Below are positions 21,488 through 31,491 of a DNA stretch of 64,000 bases, in pieces. A program made the position numbers and the translations under genes. The stretch comes from Gammaproteobacteria bacterium (GTDB lineage Bacteria > Pseudomonadota > Gammaproteobacteria > Ga0077536), in the NCBI GenBank assembly GCA_965216305.1, contig OZ244144.1, positions 2,036,248 to 2,100,247 of the forward strand, in the 5' to 3' direction. Position 1 is the stretch's first letter. Every line of letters starts with the position of its first letter. The notes beneath the pieces are model-generated. The model searched no databases and was not told the origin of the DNA. It worked only from the letters and a program-made list of their open reading frames with translations.

Positions 21488-23200
21488 CTAGGAGCCGGAA
21501 ATTCGGTACAGATCGGGTAACGGCGCTTTTCCGCTCTCGTCCGCGGCCGCGCCCGCTTTCGGGGTTGCGCTGTGCTCGAACGCCTCGCGCAGCGCAAACG
21601 CATCCCACGTGGCGCCGCCCGCGCCGTACAGTGTCATGTCCAGCGCGCGGATCTCCTGGTCGAGCGGGGTTGCGGTGCGATCGGCGAGCGCGCCGAGCGT
21701 GCGCGGTGGGTCGTCGAATGCGACGCGCGCCCACTGCAGCAGCGCCTGTTTTGTCCCGCGTGCATCGTTCGCCTTGCACGCGCCGAGCACATCGCGGCGC
21801 GCTTTGGCGAGCGATTCGGTCTGCGCCGTGCCGGCGACCGACGGTTCGGACGGCACCGCGCGGCGCGATTGCCACCACCAGGCGGCGGCCGTCGCCATCC
21901 AGCCGAGTAAACATCCGAGCGCGATGAAGCGCATGCTCTGATCCGGCGCCGCGGCAGTAATCGTCGCCGCCGGCGGGCTCAATGGCGCGACAGTATCCGG
22001 TGTTGTCGGCGCCGCGGGCGCCGGGGAAGTGCTGGTAGCCGGTGGCGCATTCACGCGAAAACGCCGTTCCGCGATCCGCGCCAGCTCCATGCGGTCGGTT
22101 TCCGTATTCCACCAGGCCACCGTGATTTCCGGAAACACGATCTCACCGCCGTTAGCCGGAATGATTGCGTACTTCTGCTGGCGGATCGCGGTGTAGCCGT
22201 TCTCGGCCTGTTGCTCGCTCGTCTGCGCCTGGTCGGGGTAACTTTTCAGGCCATCCGGCAGCTTGATCGGCACCTCCGGCAACTGTCCGGCATTGAGACC
22301 GTCAGCCCACAGAAATACCGTACGCGTCAGCGGTTCGCCGGCCTCGATCGTGTCGCCGGCGGGTTCCCAGTCGTCGCGCAGACTCAGTCGTCGCGCGGGC
22401 AGCCACGTATCGCCGCGATAGTCCGGCGGGATGGGCTTAACCTCGAGCGTGATCGCGTTCGACTCGATCCGGCGTGTTTGCACCGGGCGGCGGAACGGGT
22501 CGAACAGCGACCGTGTCGCGGGGACGAGCTGGGTTGTCAGTACCATCGGTTCAATCGTCATCGGCCCGCTCGTCTGCGGGAAGATGCTGTAGCGCCGTTC
22601 GAACACCTCATAGCGCTTCTGATCGCGTTGCGTCTGGTAGGTTGAATCGTTCCCGAGTCGTTTGATGATGGCGTCCGCATCCGTGCCCGGATCGGTCATG
22701 TTGGCGTCGGATAATTCCACCCGGCGCAGCAAACGTGCGGTGAGGACGACTTCCTGCTGTACATAAGGGGTGCTTGTATCCACCTCGATTTCCAGCAGCA
22801 AACCGGGATCGTCCGTTGCGCCGCTACCGCTGCCGCTGCGTGATGCAAGCACTTCGACGGTTCGCGCCGCGCTGCGATCGCTGCCGAAGGCAATGGCCGG
22901 GATCGTCAGCGGGCCGGGCGCGCGCGCGAGCACGTCGAGCACCCATGTCGTGGTGCGGCTGTTGCGTCCGTTGATCCACTGGATTGAGGTTTGCCGGTTG
23001 CGACCGAGGACGTCGACGAGCGCCTCGAGTTCGCTGAAATCCGGTTCCGCATCCACCGGGCCATCGGCGCGAAAAATAATCCGGAACGATTCGTTCGCGA
23101 CGAGCTCCGGCGGCTCGATCGACACCGAGACGTCCGTTGCCGCGGCCGGCGCCATCACGGCCACCGCCAGCAGCAGCGCTGTTATCCATTTCATCACCAT
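21488..23200 (-). CDS. batD: BatD-like protein (oxygen-tolerance/Bat operon outer component).
   Basis: 570 aa with signal peptide, a C-terminal TM segment and a TPR-like tail. Last gene of the moxR-vWA operon. Its ATG overlaps the batBC stop. Confidence 0.7.
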   Translation of the reverse strand: MVMKWITALLLAVAVMAPAAATDVSVSIEPPELVANESFRIIFRADGPVDAEPDFSELEALVDVLGRNRQTSIQWINGRNSRTTTWVLDVLARAPGPLTIPAIAFGSDRSAARTVEVLASRSGSGSGATDDPGLLLEIEVDTSTPYVQQEVVLTARLLRRVELSDANMTDPGTDADAIIKRLGNDSTYQTQRDQKRYEVFERRYSIFPQTSGPMTIEPMVLTTQLVPATRSLFDPFRRPVQTRRIESNAITLEVKPIPPDYRGDTWLPARRLSLRDDWEPAGDTIEAGEPLTRTVFLWADGLNAGQLPEVPIKLPDGLKSYPDQAQTSEQQAENGYTAIRQQKYAIIPANGGEIVFPEITVAWWNTETDRMELARIAERRFRVNAPPATSTSPAPAAPTTPDTVAPLSPPAATITAAAPDQSMRFIALGCLLGWMATAAAWWWQSRRAVPSEPSVAGTAQTESLAKARRDVLGACKANDARGTKQALLQWARVAFDDPPRTLGALADRTATPLDQEIRALDMTLYGAGGATWDAFALREAFEHSATPKAGAAADESGKAPLPDLYRISGS

Positions 23201-25005
23201 GCGCGGAACCGCCTCTCTCCACCGTATTTCCGTTGATATTCCGCTTCGAACTTGCGCCGCAGCAGGCCGCCCGGGTCATCGGGGATCTGGCGCAACCACT
23301 GCTCCGTAGCCTGCTCGTTCTCGAGTTCCGAGTTCGCTGCCGCAAAGGCGTCCTCGGCTTGCTCGGCGGGGGCTTCCTCAGCCTGAGCCTGTTGTTCTTC
23401 GGCGGTTTGTTCCGCTTCCTGTGGCTCGGGTTCGCTCGCGGATTCCTCCTCTGAGGAAGTCGTCGATGCCGATTGCTCCTCGCTCCCGGGATCGGTTGGG
23501 GCCGAATCTTCCGCCTCGCTGTCGGACGGCTTCGCGTCGCTGCGCTGGTCGGACTGGTCGCCGCCGGATTCGCCGCTTTGATCCTCGCTGTCGTTGTCGT
23601 CTTTCGAATCCGATTCGCTTTGTTCCTGTTGTTGTTCTTCCAGCAGCTTCTCCAGCAGTTCCTTGTTGTGCCTGGCGTCCGCGTGGTCCGGCAGTGCCGC
23701 GAGCGCGTCTTCGTACGCCGCGATTGCATCCTCGAAGCGACCGAGGCGGGCCAGCGCATTGCCCTTGTTGTACAGCGTATCCGGTCCAGCGTCCTCACCG
23801 ATACTTTCGAGCGCGCCGGCGTAATCGTCGGCACGGTATTTCGCCGCGGCGCGCCAGCGCGGGTCGTCGAACTGCTCCGCCGCGGCGGCAAAGTTGCCAG
23901 CCTCGAACGCCGCCTGCGCGGCCTGATCGGGGGTCTGCCACCAACCGGCGGCCGCCGGTGTTGCTGGCCCGAAGCCGAGGCCAAGGGTGACAACGATGCC
24001 GGTAAACGTGAGGATCCCGCGGCGAAACGCGAGCGGTGCCAACGGCACTAAAGCGAGCAGCAGCCAGGGGCCGAATTCCCGCCAGCGATCGGCGAACAGA
24101 TCCGTCGCGCGGGCGTTGCGTTCATCGTGGTGCGCTGATAAATCGCCGAGCAGTCCGGCAACGTCGCCGTCGTCGGTGCGCAAGGTCGCATAGCGTCCGC
24201 CGCCCGCGGCCGCGAGTGATTCAAGTGCGGATGGGTCGAGTGCATTCACGACGATGGAGCCGGCGGCGTCGGTAACGAAGCCGCCGGACGTATCCGGGAT
24301 CGGTGCGCCATCGGGTGTGCCCACCCCCAGGATCGACAAGCGCGCGGCAGCGCCGCCGATCATCGCGCGCGAGCGCTGTTCGTCGTCGAGCCCGATGCCG
24401 TCGGTGATCAGCAGCAGATCGCCGCCGGCATTGCCGGCCTGCTGCAGCAGTTCAAGGCCTTTCGCGATCGCGGCCGCTGCGTCGCTGCCCTGGCTTGGCA
24501 TGATGTTCGTTTTCAATGCCGGCAGATGCGCCTCGATGGTGGCCACGTCTGTCGTCAGCGGCGCCACGACATAGGGTTCCGCGGCGTACACGACGAGCGC
24601 GGTCTGGCCGTCCCGGCGCAGGCGCAACATATCCGTGATCTTGAACTTCGCACGTTCGAGCCGGGTTGGACTGACATCCTCGGCATTCATCGAACGCGAC
24701 AAATCGAGCAGCAGGACAAGCGCGGACTCATCGCGAAATACCGGCGTTGGCAGACGCTCCCACGTGGGGCCGGCAAGGGCGACGATAGCGATAAAACCGC
24801 TGAGCAGGAACAACGCGGGATTCAGCCGGCTGCGCACGGCGGTGCGCGACACGAGCAAGTACGGCAACAGTGCATCGTCGCACACGGATTGCCATACGCC
24901 CGCTGCATCGCCGCGGCGGAATACGCGCCAGCACACGAAACCGAACGGCAGCAGCGCCAACAGGCACAACGGCCGCAGAAAATGAAAATCGGCCAGCGCG
25001 GTCAT
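23194..25005 (-). CDS. BatB-BatC fusion: vWA-domain membrane protein fused to a TPR domain and a long poly-acidic tail.
   Basis: N-terminal TM segments and a vWA domain (LLLDLSRSM...DGAAA). TPR segment (YNKGNALARLGRFEDAIAAYEDALAALPD). About 115 aa S/E/D/Q-rich region at roughly 23262-23601. ATG 25005 overlaps the batA stop (ATGA). Confidence 0.75.
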   Translation of the reverse strand: MTALADFHFLRPLCLLALLPFGFVCWRVFRRGDAAGVWQSVCDDALLPYLLVSRTAVRSRLNPALFLLSGFIAIVALAGPTWERLPTPVFRDESALVLLLDLSRSMNAEDVSPTRLERAKFKITDMLRLRRDGQTALVVYAAEPYVVAPLTTDVATIEAHLPALKTNIMPSQGSDAAAAIAKGLELLQQAGNAGGDLLLITDGIGLDDEQRSRAMIGGAAARLSILGVGTPDGAPIPDTSGGFVTDAAGSIVVNALDPSALESLAAAGGGRYATLRTDDGDVAGLLGDLSAHHDERNARATDLFADRWREFGPWLLLALVPLAPLAFRRGILTFTGIVVTLGLGFGPATPAAAGWWQTPDQAAQAAFEAGNFAAAAEQFDDPRWRAAAKYRADDYAGALESIGEDAGPDTLYNKGNALARLGRFEDAIAAYEDALAALPDHADARHNKELLEKLLEEQQQEQSESDSKDDNDSEDQSGESGGDQSDQRSDAKPSDSEAEDSAPTDPGSEEQSASTTSSEEESASEPEPQEAEQTAEEQQAQAEEAPAEQAEDAFAAANSELENEQATEQWLRQIPDDPGGLLRRKFEAEYQRKYGGERRFRAW

Positions 25006-25991
25006 GTTGTCATCCGCCGGCCGAGCAACCACGCGGCGCCGGCGCCGAGCAGCAGGGCAAGACCGAGTGGCCAGGGATACAGTGGGGTGGTGGGGCGAAA
25101 ATGCTCGCCGCCGCGTTCCACCGGTTCGAGGGCGTCGATTTCCGCGTAGATCTGTTCGAGTTCCTCGACATCACGCGCGCGGAAATAGCGTCCGTTCGTG
25201 TTCTCGGCAATCGCACGCAGGGTTTTTTCATCGAGGTCGCGCGAGGGATTGATCCGGAACGAGCCGAACAGGCGTCGCACCATGAGCTCGTCGGCACCGA
25301 TCCCGATGGTATGGATCGTGAGTCCCGCCTGGGCCGCGAGTTCCGCCGCGCGCACCGGGTCGATCACGCCGGCGGTGTTCGCGCCGTCAGTGATCAGGAT
25401 CAGGATTTTGTCGTCCGAATCGTTCGCGCGCAGCCGCTTCACGGCAAGACCAATCGCGTCGCCGATGGCGGTGCTGGGACCGGCGAGTCCGATCAGGGAC
25501 TCATTGAGTAACTGCTTCACTGTGGCGCGATCGAACGTGAGCGGTACGTGCAGATAGGCCTGGGTGCCGAACAGGACGAGCCCCACCCGATCGCCTACGC
25601 GCCGGTCGATAAAATCCCCCACCACGCGCTTCGTCGCGGTGAGTCGGTCCACCCGCTGTCCGTCGAGAATGAAATCCACTTCCTGCATGCTCTTCGACAG
25701 ATCCACGGCGAGCATCAGATCGCGACCGCTGATCGGAATTTCAATCGCGTCGCCGAGCCATTGCGGGCGCATTGCGGCGAGCAGCAGGCAAACCCAGGCA
25801 AGTATTGCGAGCCAGAACGCCGCGCGCGAACCGGCGTGGCCGCCAGCATCTGCGGCAATGACGGAGAAGTCCTGGATCGAGGGCACACGCAGGGCGGCGC
25901 TCGCGCCCGTCGCCTGCGGTGGCAGCAGGCGGCGGTACAGCCACGGCAACGGCAGCGCCAGCAAGACCCAGGGCCAGACGACTTCGATCAC
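25002..25991 (-). CDS. batA: BatA-like vWA-domain membrane protein.
   Basis: Start trimmed to GTG 25991, which overlaps the upstream stop (GTGA). N-terminal IEVVWPWVLLALPLPWL is typical of BatA. vWA MIDAS motif DLSKSM. Confidence 0.8.
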   Translation of the reverse strand: MIEVVWPWVLLALPLPWLYRRLLPPQATGASAALRVPSIQDFSVIAADAGGHAGSRAAFWLAILAWVCLLLAAMRPQWLGDAIEIPISGRDLMLAVDLSKSMQEVDFILDGQRVDRLTATKRVVGDFIDRRVGDRVGLVLFGTQAYLHVPLTFDRATVKQLLNESLIGLAGPSTAIGDAIGLAVKRLRANDSDDKILILITDGANTAGVIDPVRAAELAAQAGLTIHTIGIGADELMVRRLFGSFRINPSRDLDEKTLRAIAENTNGRYFRARDVEELEQIYAEIDALEPVERGGEHFRPTTPLYPWPLGLALLLGAGAAWLLGRRMTT

Positions 25992-26473
25992 GCCGCACGC
26001 TCCGGTTGCGGGCGCAGATCCTGAAGCCAGTGTTCGAACGCTTCGAGCAGGCGGGCGCCGTCGATATCGTTCGCGCGACGGTACGGCGCGGCAACGAGCG
26101 TGTCGCACAACCACGGCTCGATATCGCCGCTGCGGGTAAGCTGTGCGAGCACGGCTTGCCACTCCGTGCCGGTGGCCGCGGCAACGTGGCTATCCGGGGC
26201 CAGCGCGAGCGCACAGCGGCGCGCGAGTCGAGATAATTGCCGCACAAGCTCGGCCGTGTCCGCAGTTTGCGCATAGCGATCCGAGATCGCACGAAACTCC
26301 GTTCGCGCGGCCCGCACGATGCGTCCGCGCCGGCGTCGCCACCATGCGATTGCCGCCACCAGCGCCAGCAGCAGCACGCATCCCGCGAGCCACCACCAGC
26401 CGGGCGCCGGCGGCCACCAGGACACCGGCTCCGGCAGGTGGATGTCGCGTAGTGGAATTTCAGCCGGATCCAT
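25988..26473 (-). CDS. DUF4381-like small membrane protein of the Bat operon.
   Basis: Start trimmed to ATG 26473 (MDPAEIPLRDIHLPEPVSWWPPAPGWWWLAGCVLLLALVA). Single TM helix followed by a basic stretch. Conserved position between DUF58 and batA. Confidence 0.65.
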   Translation of the reverse strand: MDPAEIPLRDIHLPEPVSWWPPAPGWWWLAGCVLLLALVAAIAWWRRRRGRIVRAARTEFRAISDRYAQTADTAELVRQLSRLARRCALALAPDSHVAAATGTEWQAVLAQLTRSGDIEPWLCDTLVAAPYRRANDIDGARLLEAFEHWLQDLRPQPERAA

Positions 26474-26483
26474 CGCGCTACGC

Positions 26484-27452
26484 TCAGCGTCCGAGCACGC
26501 GCTGCAGCACGCCGAGCGGGTCGTCGTTGCTGGCGAGACGGGCAAACAGAAGCCGGTAGTCGCGGCACAACTTCGCGATTCGATCGGCGCGCGCGGTGAA
26601 ATTCTCGGCATAGCGGCGACTCGCGCGATCGCGGCCGAGCGTGATTTGCAGTTCGCCGTTGCCGTCGCTCACCCGGCCGGAGGCATGATCATTCGGCAAC
26701 GCGGCTTCGAACGGGTCGTAGACGAAAATCAGGGTGACATCGTTGTGCCGGGCGAGGTGGGCGATGTCGGATTCGCACGCCTCGGTCATGTCGCGGAAGT
26801 CGCTGATGATGAAGATCAGGCTGCCGGGTTTGGCCATGCGTTTCAGCCGTCCTATCGCACGCGGCAGCGAGTTTGCGGCCGCGTTTGGATCGCCGGCCTC
26901 CGGCAATTTTGCTGCGGCGACGAGTTTCTTCACCATGCGGATCACCGCGGGCTTACCGCCTTCCGGTGGCAGTTCTACGTGGGTGTCACGCGAGAACACG
27001 AGACCGCCCACCCGATCGCCGGACTGCTGTGCTTTCCAGGCCAGCAGCGCGGCGGCGCGCGCGGCCTGGACGCTCTTGAATACGCCGCGTGTTGCGAACA
27101 GCATTGACGGGGAGAAGTCCGCGCAGATGTACACCGGCCGTTCGCGTTCTTCGCGGAAGACTTTCGTATGTGGTTTGCCAGTGCGGGCGGTGACGCGCCA
27201 GTCGAGCGTGCGGAAATCGTCACCAGCCTGGTAGGGGCGCGATTCGTCGTACTCCATACCGCGACCTTTAAGCGCCGACAAATACCCACCGGCCTGATGC
27301 GCACGTATCGATCGCGCCCACGACGGCAACAGGCTGGCCGGGCGCGCGAGCGACATGAGATCCTTGGCCTGTGGTTCCACGCGTGCGAGCGCACCACCGT
27401 CGGCGCCGGTGCGAACCGGACGCGGCCAGATCGTTGCGGGGGCGGTGCTCAC
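26484..27452 (-). CDS. DUF58 family protein (vWA-like, MoxR-associated).
   Basis: 322 aa with conserved DUF58 core (GxxxSxxRGxGxEFxxxRxYxxGDDxRxIDWR-like: ALKGRGMEYDESRPYQAGDDFRTLDWR). Immediately downstream of moxR. Confidence 0.8.
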   Translation of the reverse strand: MSTAPATIWPRPVRTGADGGALARVEPQAKDLMSLARPASLLPSWARSIRAHQAGGYLSALKGRGMEYDESRPYQAGDDFRTLDWRVTARTGKPHTKVFREERERPVYICADFSPSMLFATRGVFKSVQAARAAALLAWKAQQSGDRVGGLVFSRDTHVELPPEGGKPAVIRMVKKLVAAAKLPEAGDPNAAANSLPRAIGRLKRMAKPGSLIFIISDFRDMTEACESDIAHLARHNDVTLIFVYDPFEAALPNDHASGRVSDGNGELQITLGRDRASRRYAENFTARADRIAKLCRDYRLLFARLASNDDPLGVLQRVLGR

Positions 27453-27477
27453 GTCGTTCCCTGGCTACGAACGGCGA

Positions 27478-28446
27478 TCAGGGCACCGCGATCCGGTTGA
27501 CCAGTTCGCCGATAAACTGATCAGGCGTGACGCCGTCGGCGACCGCTTCGTAATTGAGGATAATCCGGTGACGCAGGACGTCGGGCGCAATCGCCTGGAT
27601 ATCGTCCGGCCCCACGTAGTCGCGCCCGTCGAGCCAGGCATGCGCGCGGGCGCAGCGATCGAGCGCAATACTCGCGCGCGGGCTGGCACCGTATTCGATC
27701 CACTCGGCGAGGTCGTCGCCGTAGGCTTTCGGCGCGCGCGTGGCGAGGACGATTTCCAGCAGATACTGTTCCAGATCGTCGCTCAGATACATGTCGAGTA
27801 CGGCGCGGCGCGCGTCAAAGACTTCCTGCTGACCGATGATGTGCGGACTCTTCTCACCATTTGCCCCGGCCGCGCGGGCTTCGTCCCGCGCCAGGTGGAG
27901 GATCGATTTTTCTTCATCGTTGTTCGGGTAGGTAATGACCACGTGCATGAGAAAGCGGTCGAGCTGCGCTTCGGGCAGCGGATAAGTGCCTTCCTGTTCC
28001 AGCGGATTCTGTGTGGCCATGACGAGGAACAGTGCCGGCAGATCATAAGTGACCCGGCCGATCGTGATTTGCCGTTCCGCCATCGCCTCGAGCAGGGCGG
28101 ATTGCACTTTCGCCGGCGCACGGTTGATTTCGTCGGCGAGCACGAGGTTGTGGAACATTGGACCCTGCTGAAACTTGAACGTGCCGTCCTGGGGCCGGTA
28201 GACCTCGGTGCCCGTGAGATCCGCGGGCAGCAGATCGGGCGTGAACTGGATGCGGTGGAAGTCGCATTCGATGCCATCGCCGAGCACCTTGATGGCACGG
28301 GTTTTGGCGAGGCCGGGCGGCCCTTCAACAAGTAAATGCCCGTCGGCAAGCAAGGCGATCAGCAGTCGGTCGATCAGTTGCTTCTGTCCGACGATGTGCT
28401 GCTCGATATAGGTTTTCAGTTCAATGATGGCGGATTGCGTGGACAT
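27478..28446 (-). CDS. moxR: MoxR-family AAA+ ATPase.
   Basis: 322 aa with Walker A GPPGLAKT and Walker B LLADEINR. Typical MoxR N-terminus (IVGQ...LLIALLA.GHLLLEG). First gene of the 6-gene operon. Confidence 0.9.
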   Translation of the reverse strand: MSTQSAIIELKTYIEQHIVGQKQLIDRLLIALLADGHLLVEGPPGLAKTRAIKVLGDGIECDFHRIQFTPDLLPADLTGTEVYRPQDGTFKFQQGPMFHNLVLADEINRAPAKVQSALLEAMAERQITIGRVTYDLPALFLVMATQNPLEQEGTYPLPEAQLDRFLMHVVITYPNNDEEKSILHLARDEARAAGANGEKSPHIIGQQEVFDARRAVLDMYLSDDLEQYLLEIVLATRAPKAYGDDLAEWIEYGASPRASIALDRCARAHAWLDGRDYVGPDDIQAIAPDVLRHRIILNYEAVADGVTPDQFIGELVNRIAVP

Positions 28447-28716
28447 AGCGGATTAGGATGGCTTTCGGCGGAAATAGTTTCCAGGAAATAGGCGTCATCG
28501 CGACGTCGTTCATCGGCAGGTGGGTGTTCCAACCCGCATACTTGTGGCAATTTCAGCTGTGAGGTAGCGCGGCGAATTCTAAGTCATGCGCGCCAGCGCG
28601 AAAAGGCGCGGCACGCGTGTGCCAGTGCGCATCATGCCGCGGCGTAACGTGCAGGGCTTGCCGGGTGGGTGAGGCTTGCGCGCCGGATCGTTCAGACAAT
28701 CTTTATACTGCGCGCG

Positions 28717-29751
28717 ATGGTCGAATGGATTTGTTCAAGCTTGAACACGCGTGTATGCGTGACGCTGTGCCTGATCGTCTTTGCGGGCGGCTGCGAGGAT
28801 CCGCGCGCGAGTGTGCGCTTTTCCGGCGTGACCATGGCGACACAGTATGTGGTGACGATTGCGCGTGGGGGCGAACTCACGGCGCAATTTGTGAAACCGC
28901 AGGTTGATGCCTTGCTCGTGGGCGTTAATAAAAGCATGTCCACCTACGACCCGGCGTCGGAACTCTCGCGCTTGAATGCGAATCCGTCGACCGATTGGAT
29001 TGCCGTGTCCGCGCCGCTCTATCGCGTGATCGAGGTGGCTAAGCAGATCGGTGCGGCCTCCGATGGTGCGTTCGACGTGACCGTGGGCCCGCTCGTCAAC
29101 CTGTGGGGATTTGGACCGGATATGCGCGAGGATTTTCCGTCTGATTCCGCGATACGCGAGAGGCTCGAACGGGTGGGGCAGGAGCAGATTGAATTGCAGG
29201 CCGCGCCGCCGCGTCTGCGCAAGCGACGCGCGGATCTGGCCATTGATTTGTCCGGGATCGCGAAAGGTTACGCCGTGGACGCGGTGGCTGAATTGCTGGA
29301 GAGTCTCGGGGCGACGGATTATCTCGTCGAAATCGGCGGTGAAATACGCGCCCGTGGCCGCAATGCGGCGGGCGAGCCCTGGCGGATCGGGATCGAAAGC
29401 CCGGTGAGCGAGCGCCGCGAGATCGCGCAAACCGTGGCGCTGACGCGCTGGGGAATGGCAAGTTCCGGCACTTACCGCAACTATTTTGAGCGCGACGGTG
29501 TGCGTTACAGCCACATGCTCGACCCGACCACGGGCTATCCCGTCACCGGCGATCTCGCCGGGGTGACCGTGCTCCACGCTTCCGCGATGGTGGCGGACGC
29601 GTGGGCCACGGCACTGATGACACTCGGCGCGGACCGTGCACCGGCGCTAGCGGAAAAGGAAGGGATCGCAGCATTATTTTTCAGCGTCACTGCCGATAAG
29701 GTCGTGAGTGAACCGAACGCTGCGTTCAAAGCGGCACTTGGTCACGAATAA
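28717..29751 (+). CDS. apbE: ApbE-family FAD:protein FMN transferase, probable lipoprotein.
   Basis: ApbE family sequence throughout (…DVTVGPLVNLWGFGP…, …SGIAKGYAVD…). Lipobox-like LIVFAGGC if started at ATG 28717. The longer GTG-start ORF from 28669 is an alternative. Confidence 0.8.
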   Translation: MVEWICSSLNTRVCVTLCLIVFAGGCEDPRASVRFSGVTMATQYVVTIARGGELTAQFVKPQVDALLVGVNKSMSTYDPASELSRLNANPSTDWIAVSAPLYRVIEVAKQIGAASDGAFDVTVGPLVNLWGFGPDMREDFPSDSAIRERLERVGQEQIELQAAPPRLRKRRADLAIDLSGIAKGYAVDAVAELLESLGATDYLVEIGGEIRARGRNAAGEPWRIGIESPVSERREIAQTVALTRWGMASSGTYRNYFERDGVRYSHMLDPTTGYPVTGDLAGVTVLHASAMVADAWATALMTLGADRAPALAEKEGIAALFFSVTADKVVSEPNAAFKAALGHE

Positions 29752-29836
29752 ATAATGTGATTCGACTAACATACACCGCAGCGCAGCACGGACGGTTGTC
29801 GGTGCGGGACAATATTGAAACGTAATCGATAGCATC

Positions 29837-31294
29837 ATGAATCTACTACCCGTAATTCTCGCTGGTGGCGGCGGCACGCGCTTGTGGCCGCTCTCGCGCG
29901 GGCACTTTCCAAAACAGTTTCTGTCCGTGGTTGGCGATAAGACGCTGCTGCAGGACACGCTCATCCGCATGCCGCGCCTCGATGGGGCCAGCGAACAGCC
30001 ATTTACCGTGCAGGCGCCGATGGTGGTGTGTAATGAGGAACACCGCTTTATGGTTGGCGAGCAGGCACGCCAGATTGGCTGCGATCTCACCTCTATCGTG
30101 CTCGAACCGATCGGACGCAACACCGCCCCGGCGCTCACGTGCGCCGCGCTGCTGGCGCTGGCCGGCGGCGACGATCCCCTGCTGCTCATGATGCCGGCGG
30201 ATCAGCTTATCGCCGACCTCGACGGCTTTCGCCGTGCGGTGGCAGCCGGCGCCGCGGCGGCCGAGGCGGGCGCGCTCGTCACGTTTGGCGTGGTGCCGGA
30301 CAAACCGGAAACGGGTTACGGCTATATCCAGCTGGGTGATGCGATCGAAACCGGCGCGCTGCCGGCGAACGATATCGCGGCGTTCCGCGAGAAGCCCGAC
30401 CTGGACACCGCAACCGCCTACCTCGCCGACGGCGGCTACCGCTGGAACGCGGGGATATTTCTCATGCGTGCGAGCGTGTGGCTGCGCGCGATTGAAACGT
30501 TCAATGCCGACATCGCCGCCGCGAGCCGGCGTGCCGTGGACACGGCCACGGCGGACGGCGAATTCACCCGGCTCGGCAAAGACGCGTTCAGCGCGTGCCC
30601 GAGCGACTCGATCGATTATGCCGTGATGGAACCCGTGGTTGCCGCCGATGGCTTCACCGGTGCGGTGATATCACTCGACGTCGGCTGGTCTGATGTTGGC
30701 TCGTGGTCGAGCATGTGGGAAGTATCGGCACGGGACGGGGAGGGCAACGTCACCCGTGGCGATGTCCATCTTGAAGACTGCGCCGGCAATGTCGTCATCG
30801 CGGAACACCGGCTCGTGGCCGGGCTCGGTTGCGACGACCTCGTGATCGTGGAAACGCCCGATGCGGTGATGGTCGCAAAAAAGGATCGCGCCCAGGACGT
30901 AAAGAAAATCGTCGACTGGCTGAACGAACAGGGCCGCGAGGAACGCTTGTTCCATCGCCGCGTATATCGCCCTTGGGGCAGCTACGAAGGCGTGGACGCC
31001 GGTGCCCGGTTCCAGGTGAAACGGATCGTGGTGAATCCCGGCGCCTCACTGTCGCTGCAGATGCACCACCACCGCGCGGAGCACTGGATCGTGGTGAGCG
31101 GCACCGCAAAGGTCACGTGCGCGGAGCGGGAATTTCTGCTGTCGGAGAACGAATCCACCTACATCCCGATTGGCGCGACCCATCGCCTGGAAAATCCCGG
31201 CACCATTCCGTGCGAATTAATTGAAGTGCAATCAGGGAGTTATCTTGGCGAGGACGATATTGTGCGGTTTGAGGACAAGTACAATCGGGCGTAG
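29837..31294 (+). CDS. manC: Bifunctional mannose-1-phosphate guanylyltransferase / mannose-6-phosphate isomerase (type II PMI-GMP).
   Basis: N-terminal nucleotidyltransferase motif LAGGGGTRLWPLS. C-terminal cupin with HHHRAEHW...GATHRLENPG. 485 aa. Confidence 0.93.
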   Translation: MNLLPVILAGGGGTRLWPLSRGHFPKQFLSVVGDKTLLQDTLIRMPRLDGASEQPFTVQAPMVVCNEEHRFMVGEQARQIGCDLTSIVLEPIGRNTAPALTCAALLALAGGDDPLLLMMPADQLIADLDGFRRAVAAGAAAAEAGALVTFGVVPDKPETGYGYIQLGDAIETGALPANDIAAFREKPDLDTATAYLADGGYRWNAGIFLMRASVWLRAIETFNADIAAASRRAVDTATADGEFTRLGKDAFSACPSDSIDYAVMEPVVAADGFTGAVISLDVGWSDVGSWSSMWEVSARDGEGNVTRGDVHLEDCAGNVVIAEHRLVAGLGCDDLVIVETPDAVMVAKKDRAQDVKKIVDWLNEQGREERLFHRRVYRPWGSYEGVDAGARFQVKRIVVNPGASLSLQMHHHRAEHWIVVSGTAKVTCAEREFLLSENESTYIPIGATHRLENPGTIPCELIEVQSGSYLGEDDIVRFEDKYNRA

Positions 31295-31491
31295 GGATTG
31301 ATGGCCCGGGAGGCCAGATGTGCGGACCGTGCGAACATGATTGGGCGACATGCGCGTTCGAGAATGGAAAACTGTGTGCGGTGCCGCATTTATCTTCGTG
31401 GCGCTTACATCGGTGGGATGATAAACTTTTCAAATCATTAGCTTAGATAACTTTTGGAGAATCACTCCAAGGCTGCCGCCGAGGAAACAGC

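Noticed and set aside
31295-31491. Sigma-54 (-24 GG / -12 GC) promoter in front of the EPS operon and in front of prsT (59565-59756).
   Set aside because: I searched both leaders for TGGCAC-N5-TTGCW. Only partial matches with the wrong spacing were found.
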